DNA of 64,000 bases from Macrostomum lignano (Eukaryota): positions 434,001 through 498,000 of the forward strand of contig NIVC01000100.1 in the NCBI GenBank assembly GCA_002269645.1, read 5' to 3'. The notes under the pieces are model-generated. The model was not told the DNA's origin. It saw only the letters and a list, made by a program, of their open reading frames with translations, and did not search any database. A program made the position numbers and the translations under genes. Positions 59,232-64,000 of the stretch are shown piece by piece (the stretch's first letter is position 1; every line of letters starts with the position of its first letter).

Positions 59232-62200
59232 ATAGCGCCAATCAAGCGTCGCAGGTGAGATTCTAGCGCCAATCAAGCGCCGCAGGTGAGATTCTAGCGT
59301 CAATCAAGCGTCGCAGGTGAGATTCTAGCGCCAATTAAGCGCCGCAGGTGAGATTCTAGCGTCAATTAAGCGCCGCAGGTGAGATTCTAGCGTCAATTAA
59401 ACGCCGCAGGTGAGATTCTAGCGTCAATTAAGCGCCGCATGTGAGATTCTAGCGCCAATTAAACGCCGAAGGTGAGATTCAGCGCCAATTAAACGCCGAA
59501 GGTGAGATTCTAGCACCAATTAAACGCCGCAGGTGAGATTCTGGCGCCAATTAAGTGCCGCATGTGAGATTCTATCTCCAATCAAACGCCGCAGATGTGA
59601 CTCTAGCACCAATTAAACGCCGCAGGTGAGATTCTAGCGTCAATTAAGCGCCGCAGGTGAGATTCTAGCGTCAATTAAACGCCGCAGGTGAGATTCTAGC
59701 GTCAATTAAACGCCGCAGGTGAGATTCTAGCGTCAATTAAACGCCGAAGGTGAGATTCAGCGCCAATTAAACGCCGAAGGTGAGATTCTAGCACCAATTA
59801 AACGCCGCAGGTGAGATTCTGGCGCCAATTAAGTGCCGCATGTGAGATTCTATCTCCAATCAAACGCCGCAGATGTGACTCTAGCGCCAATTAAACGCCG
59901 CAGGTGAGATTCTAGCGCCAATTAAACGCCGAAGGTGAGATTCAGCGCCAATTAAACGCCGAAGGTGAGATTCTAGCGCCAATTAAACGCCGCAGATGTG
60001 ACTCTAGCGCCAATTAAACGCCGCAGGTGAGATTCTAGCGCCAATTAAACGCCGAAGGTGAGATTCAGCGCCAATTAAACGCCGAAGGTGAGATTCTAGC
60101 ACCAATTAAACGCCGCAGGTGAGATTCAGCGCCAATTAAACGCCGAAGGTGAGATTCTAGCACCAATTAAACGCCGCAGGTGAGATTCTAGCGCCAATTA
60201 AACGCCGAAGGTGAGATTCTAGCGCCAATTAAACGCCGCAGGTGAGATTCTAGCGTCAATTAAGCGCCGCAGGTGAGATTCTAGCTCCGCAGGTGAGATT
60301 CTTGCTCGGCAGGTGAGATTCTAGCTCTGCAGGTGAGATTCTAGCGTCAATTAAGCGCCGCAGGTGAGATTCTAGCGTCAATTAAGCGCCGCAGGTGAGA
60401 TTCTAGCGCCAATCAAGCGCCGCAGGTGAGATTCTAGCGTCAATTAAGCGCCGCAGGTGAGATTCTAGCGCCAATCAAGCGCCGCAGGTGAGATTCTAGC
60501 GTCAATTAAGCGCCGCAGGTGAGATTCTAGCGTCAATTAAGCGCCGCAGGTGAGATTCTAGCGTCAATTAAGCGCCGCAGGTGAGATTCTAGCGCCAATC
60601 AAGCGCCGCAGGTGAGATTCTAGCGCCAATTAAACGCCGCAGGTGAGATTCTAGCGCCAATTAAACGCCGAAGGTGAGATTCAGCGCCAATTAAACGCCG
60701 AAGGTGAGATTCTAGCACCAATTAAACGCCGCAGGTGAGATTCTAGCGTCAATTAAGCGCCGCAGGTGAGATTCTAGCGTCAATTAAACGCCGCAGGTGA
60801 GATTCTAGCGTCAATTAAACGCCGCAGGTGAGATTCTAGCGCCAATTAAGCGCCGAAGGTGAGATTCAGCGCCAATTAAACGCCGAAGGTGAGATTCTAG
60901 CACCAATTAAACGCCGCAGGTGAGATTCTAGCGTCAATTAAACGCCGCAGGTGAGATTCTAGCGTCAATTAAGCGCCGCAGGTGAGATTCTAGCTCCGCA
61001 GGTGAGATTCTAGCTCGGCAGGTGAGATTCTAGCTCTGCAGGTGAGATTCTAGCGTCAATTAAGCGCCGCAGGTGAGATTCTAGCGTCAATTAAGCGCCG
61101 CAGGTGAGATTCTAGCGTCAATCAAGCGCCGCAGGTGAGATTCTAGCGTCAATTAAGCGCCGCAGGTGAGATTCTAGCGCCAATCAAGCGCCGCAGGTGA
61201 GATTCTAGCGTCAATTAAGCGCCGCAGGTGAGATTCTAGCGTCAATTAAACGCCGCAGGTGAGATTCTAGCGTCAATTAAGCGCCGCATGTGAGATTCTA
61301 GCGCCAATTAAACGCCGAAGGTGAGATTCAGCGCCAATTAAACGCCGAAGGTGAGATTCTAGCACCAATTAAACGCCGCAGGTGAGATTCTGGCGCCAAT
61401 TAAGCGCCGCAGGTGAGATTCTAGCGTCAATTAAGCGCCGCAGGTGAGATTCTAGCGCCAATCAAGCGCCGCAGGTAAGATTCTAGCGTCAATTAAGCGC
61501 CGCAGGTGAGATTCTAGCGCCAATTAAACGCCGAAGGTGAGATTCTAGCGCCAATTAAACGCCGCAGATGTGACTCTAGCGCCAATTAAACGCCGCAGGT
61601 GAGATTCTAGCGCCAATTAAACGCCGAAGGTGAGATTCAGCGCCAATTAAACGCCGAAGGTGAGATTCTAGCACCAATTAAACGCCGCAGGTGAAATTCT
61701 AGCGCCAATTAAACGCCGAAGGTGAGATTCTAGCGCCAATTAAACGCCGCAGGTGAGATTCTAGCGTCAATTAAGCGCCGCAGGTGAGATTCTAGCTCCG
61801 CAGGTGAGATTCTAGCTCGGCAGGTGAGATTCTAGCTCTGCAGGTGAGATTCTAGCGTCAATTAAGCGCCGCAGGTGAGATTCTAGCGTCAATTAAGCGC
61901 CGCTGGTGAGATTCTAGCGCCAATCAAGCGCCGCAGGTGAGATTCTAGCGTCAATTAAGCGCCGCAGGTGAGATTCTAGCGCCAATCAAGCGCCGCAGGT
62001 GAGATTCTAGCGTCAATTAAGCGCCGCAGGTGAGATTCTAGCGTCAATTAAGCGCCGCAGGTGAGATTCTAGCGTCAATTAAGCGCCGCAGGTGAGATTC
62101 TAGCGCCAATCAAGCGCCGCAGGTGAGATTCTAGCGCCAATTAAACGCCGCAGGTGAGATTCTAGCGCCAATTAAACGCCGAAGGTGAGATTCAGCGCCA

Positions 62201-64000
62201 ATTAAACGCCGAAGGTGAGATTCTAGCACCAATTAAACGCCGCAGGTGAGATTCTAGCGTCAATTAAGCGCCGCAGGTGAGATTCTAGCGTCAATTAAAC
62301 GCCGCAGGTGAGATTCTAGCGTCAATTAAACGCCGCAGGTGAGATTCTAGCGCCAATTAAGCGCCGAAGGTGAGATTCAGCGCCAATTAAACGCCGAAGG
62401 TGAGATTCTAGCACCAATTAAACGCCGCAGGTGACATTCTAGCGTCAATTAAACGCCGCAGGTGAGATTCTAGCGTCAATTAAGCGCCGCAGGTGAGATT
62501 CTAGCTCCGCAGGTGAGATTCTAGCTCGGCAGGTGAGATTCTAGCTCTGCAGGTGAGATTCTAGCGTCAATTAAGCGCCGCAGGTGAGATTCTAGCGTCA
62601 ATTAAGCGCCGCAGGTGAGATTCTAGCGCCAATCAAGCGCCGCAGGTGAGATTCTAGCGTCAATTAAGCGCCGCAGGTGAGATTCTAGCGCCAATCAAGC
62701 GCCGCAGGTGAGATTCTAGCGTCAATTAAGCGCCGCAGGTGAGATTCTAGCGTCAATTAAACGCCGCAGGTGAGATTCTAGCGTCAATTAAGCGCCGCAT
62801 GTGAGATTCTAGCGTCAATTAAGCGCCGCAGGTGAGATTCTAGCGTCAATTAAACGCCGCAGGTGAGATTCTAGCGTCAATTAAGCGCCGCATGTGAGAT
62901 TCTAGCGCCAATTAAACGCCGAAGGTGAGATTCAGCGCCAATTAAACGCCGAAGGTGAGATTCTAGCACCAATTAAACGCCGCAGGTGAGATTCTGGCGC
63001 CAATTAAGCGCCGCAGGTGAGATTCTAGCGTCAATTAAGCGCCGCAGGTGAGATTCTAGCGCCAATCAAGCGCCGCAGGTAAGATTCTAGCGTCAATTAA
63101 GCGCCGCAGGTGAGATTCTAGCGCCAATTAAACGCCGAAGGTGAGATTCTAGCGCCAATTAAACGCCGCAGATGTGACTCTAGCGCCAATTAAACGCCGC
63201 AGGTGAGATTCTAGCGCCAATTAAACGCCGAAGGTGAGATTCAGCGCCAATTAAACGCCGAAGGTGAGATTCTAGCACCAATTAAACGCCGCAGGTGAAA
63301 TTCTAGCGCCAATTAAACGCCGAAGGTGAGATTCTAGCGCCAATTAAACGCCGCAGGTGAGATTCTAGCGTCAATTAAGCGCCGCAGGTGAGATTCTAGC
63401 TCCGCAGGTGAGATTCTAGCTCGGCAGGTGAGATTCTAGCTCTGCAGGTGAGATTCTAGCGTCAATTAAGCGCCGCAGGTGAGATTCTAGCGTCAATTAA
63501 GCGCCGCTGGTGAGATTCTAGCGCCAATCAAGCGCCGCAGGTGAGATTCTAGCGTCAATTAAGCGCCGCAGGTGAGATTCTAGCGCCAATCAAGCGCCGC
63601 AGGTGAGATTCTAGCGTCAATTAAGCGCCGCAGGTGAGATTCTAGCGTCAATTAAGCGCCGCAGGTGAGATTCTAGCGTCAATTAAGCGCCGCAGGTGAG
63701 ATTCTAGCGCCAATCAAGCGCCGCAGGTGAGATTCTAGCGCCAATTAAACGCCGCAGGTGAGATTCTAGCGCCAATTAAACGCCGAAGGTGAGATTCAGC
63801 GCCAATTAAACGCCGAAGGTGAGATTCTAGCACAATTAAACGCCGCAGGTGAGATTCTAGCGTCAATTAAGCGCCGCAGGTGAGATTCTAGCGTCAATTA
63901 AACGCCGCAGGTGAGATTCTAGCGTCAATTAAACGCCGCAGGTGAGATTCTAGCGCCAATTAAGCGCCGAAGGTGAGATTCAGCGCCAATTAAACGCCGA
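59232..64000. repeat. 31-bp satellite (GCGCCAATTAAGCGCCGCAGGTGAGATTCTA) with higher-order structure, runs off the window edge
   Basis: About 150 units; a marker block of three truncated units recurs at 60281, 60990, 61792, 62501 and 63396. Confidence 0.97.

Noticed and set aside
55965-64000. Regularly spaced repeats as CRISPR arrays
   Set aside because: No unique spacers, no cas genes, eukaryotic context.

Overview
Eukaryotic (metazoan) genomic DNA with spliceosomal introns. Short GC-rich exons with a different minisatellite in almost every intron and spacer suggest a Macrostomum-like flatworm; this is inference and cannot be confirmed here. Minus-strand gene cluster: Rab33 (2 exons), CDC26, a 76-aa two-exon microprotein missing from the ORF track, and an intronless Angel-family phosphatase. 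Plus-strand gene cluster: ZNF511-like (4 exons, with a fully overlapping +1 ORF), an orphan Cys/His plus coiled-coil ORF, UBXN11, a tandem double SSAT/GNAT acetyltransferase, and PIH1D3/DNAAF6. The single PIH1D3 intron holds a complete same-strand Noc2/rabphilin-like gene. Further right is a dissatisfaction-type NR2E nuclear receptor with a reading-frame break in its hinge exon, followed by a 31-bp satellite running to the window end. The AT-rich, CpG-depleted region at about 8.8-21.3 kb holds several non-autonomous DNA transposons (Tc1/mariner-, hAT- and Mutator-like, with TIRs and TSDs). Three copies of a tRNA-headed CORE-type SINE are dispersed across the window. Most long ORFs in the supplied track are minisatellite translations. 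No CRISPR array, rRNA or intact tRNA was found.
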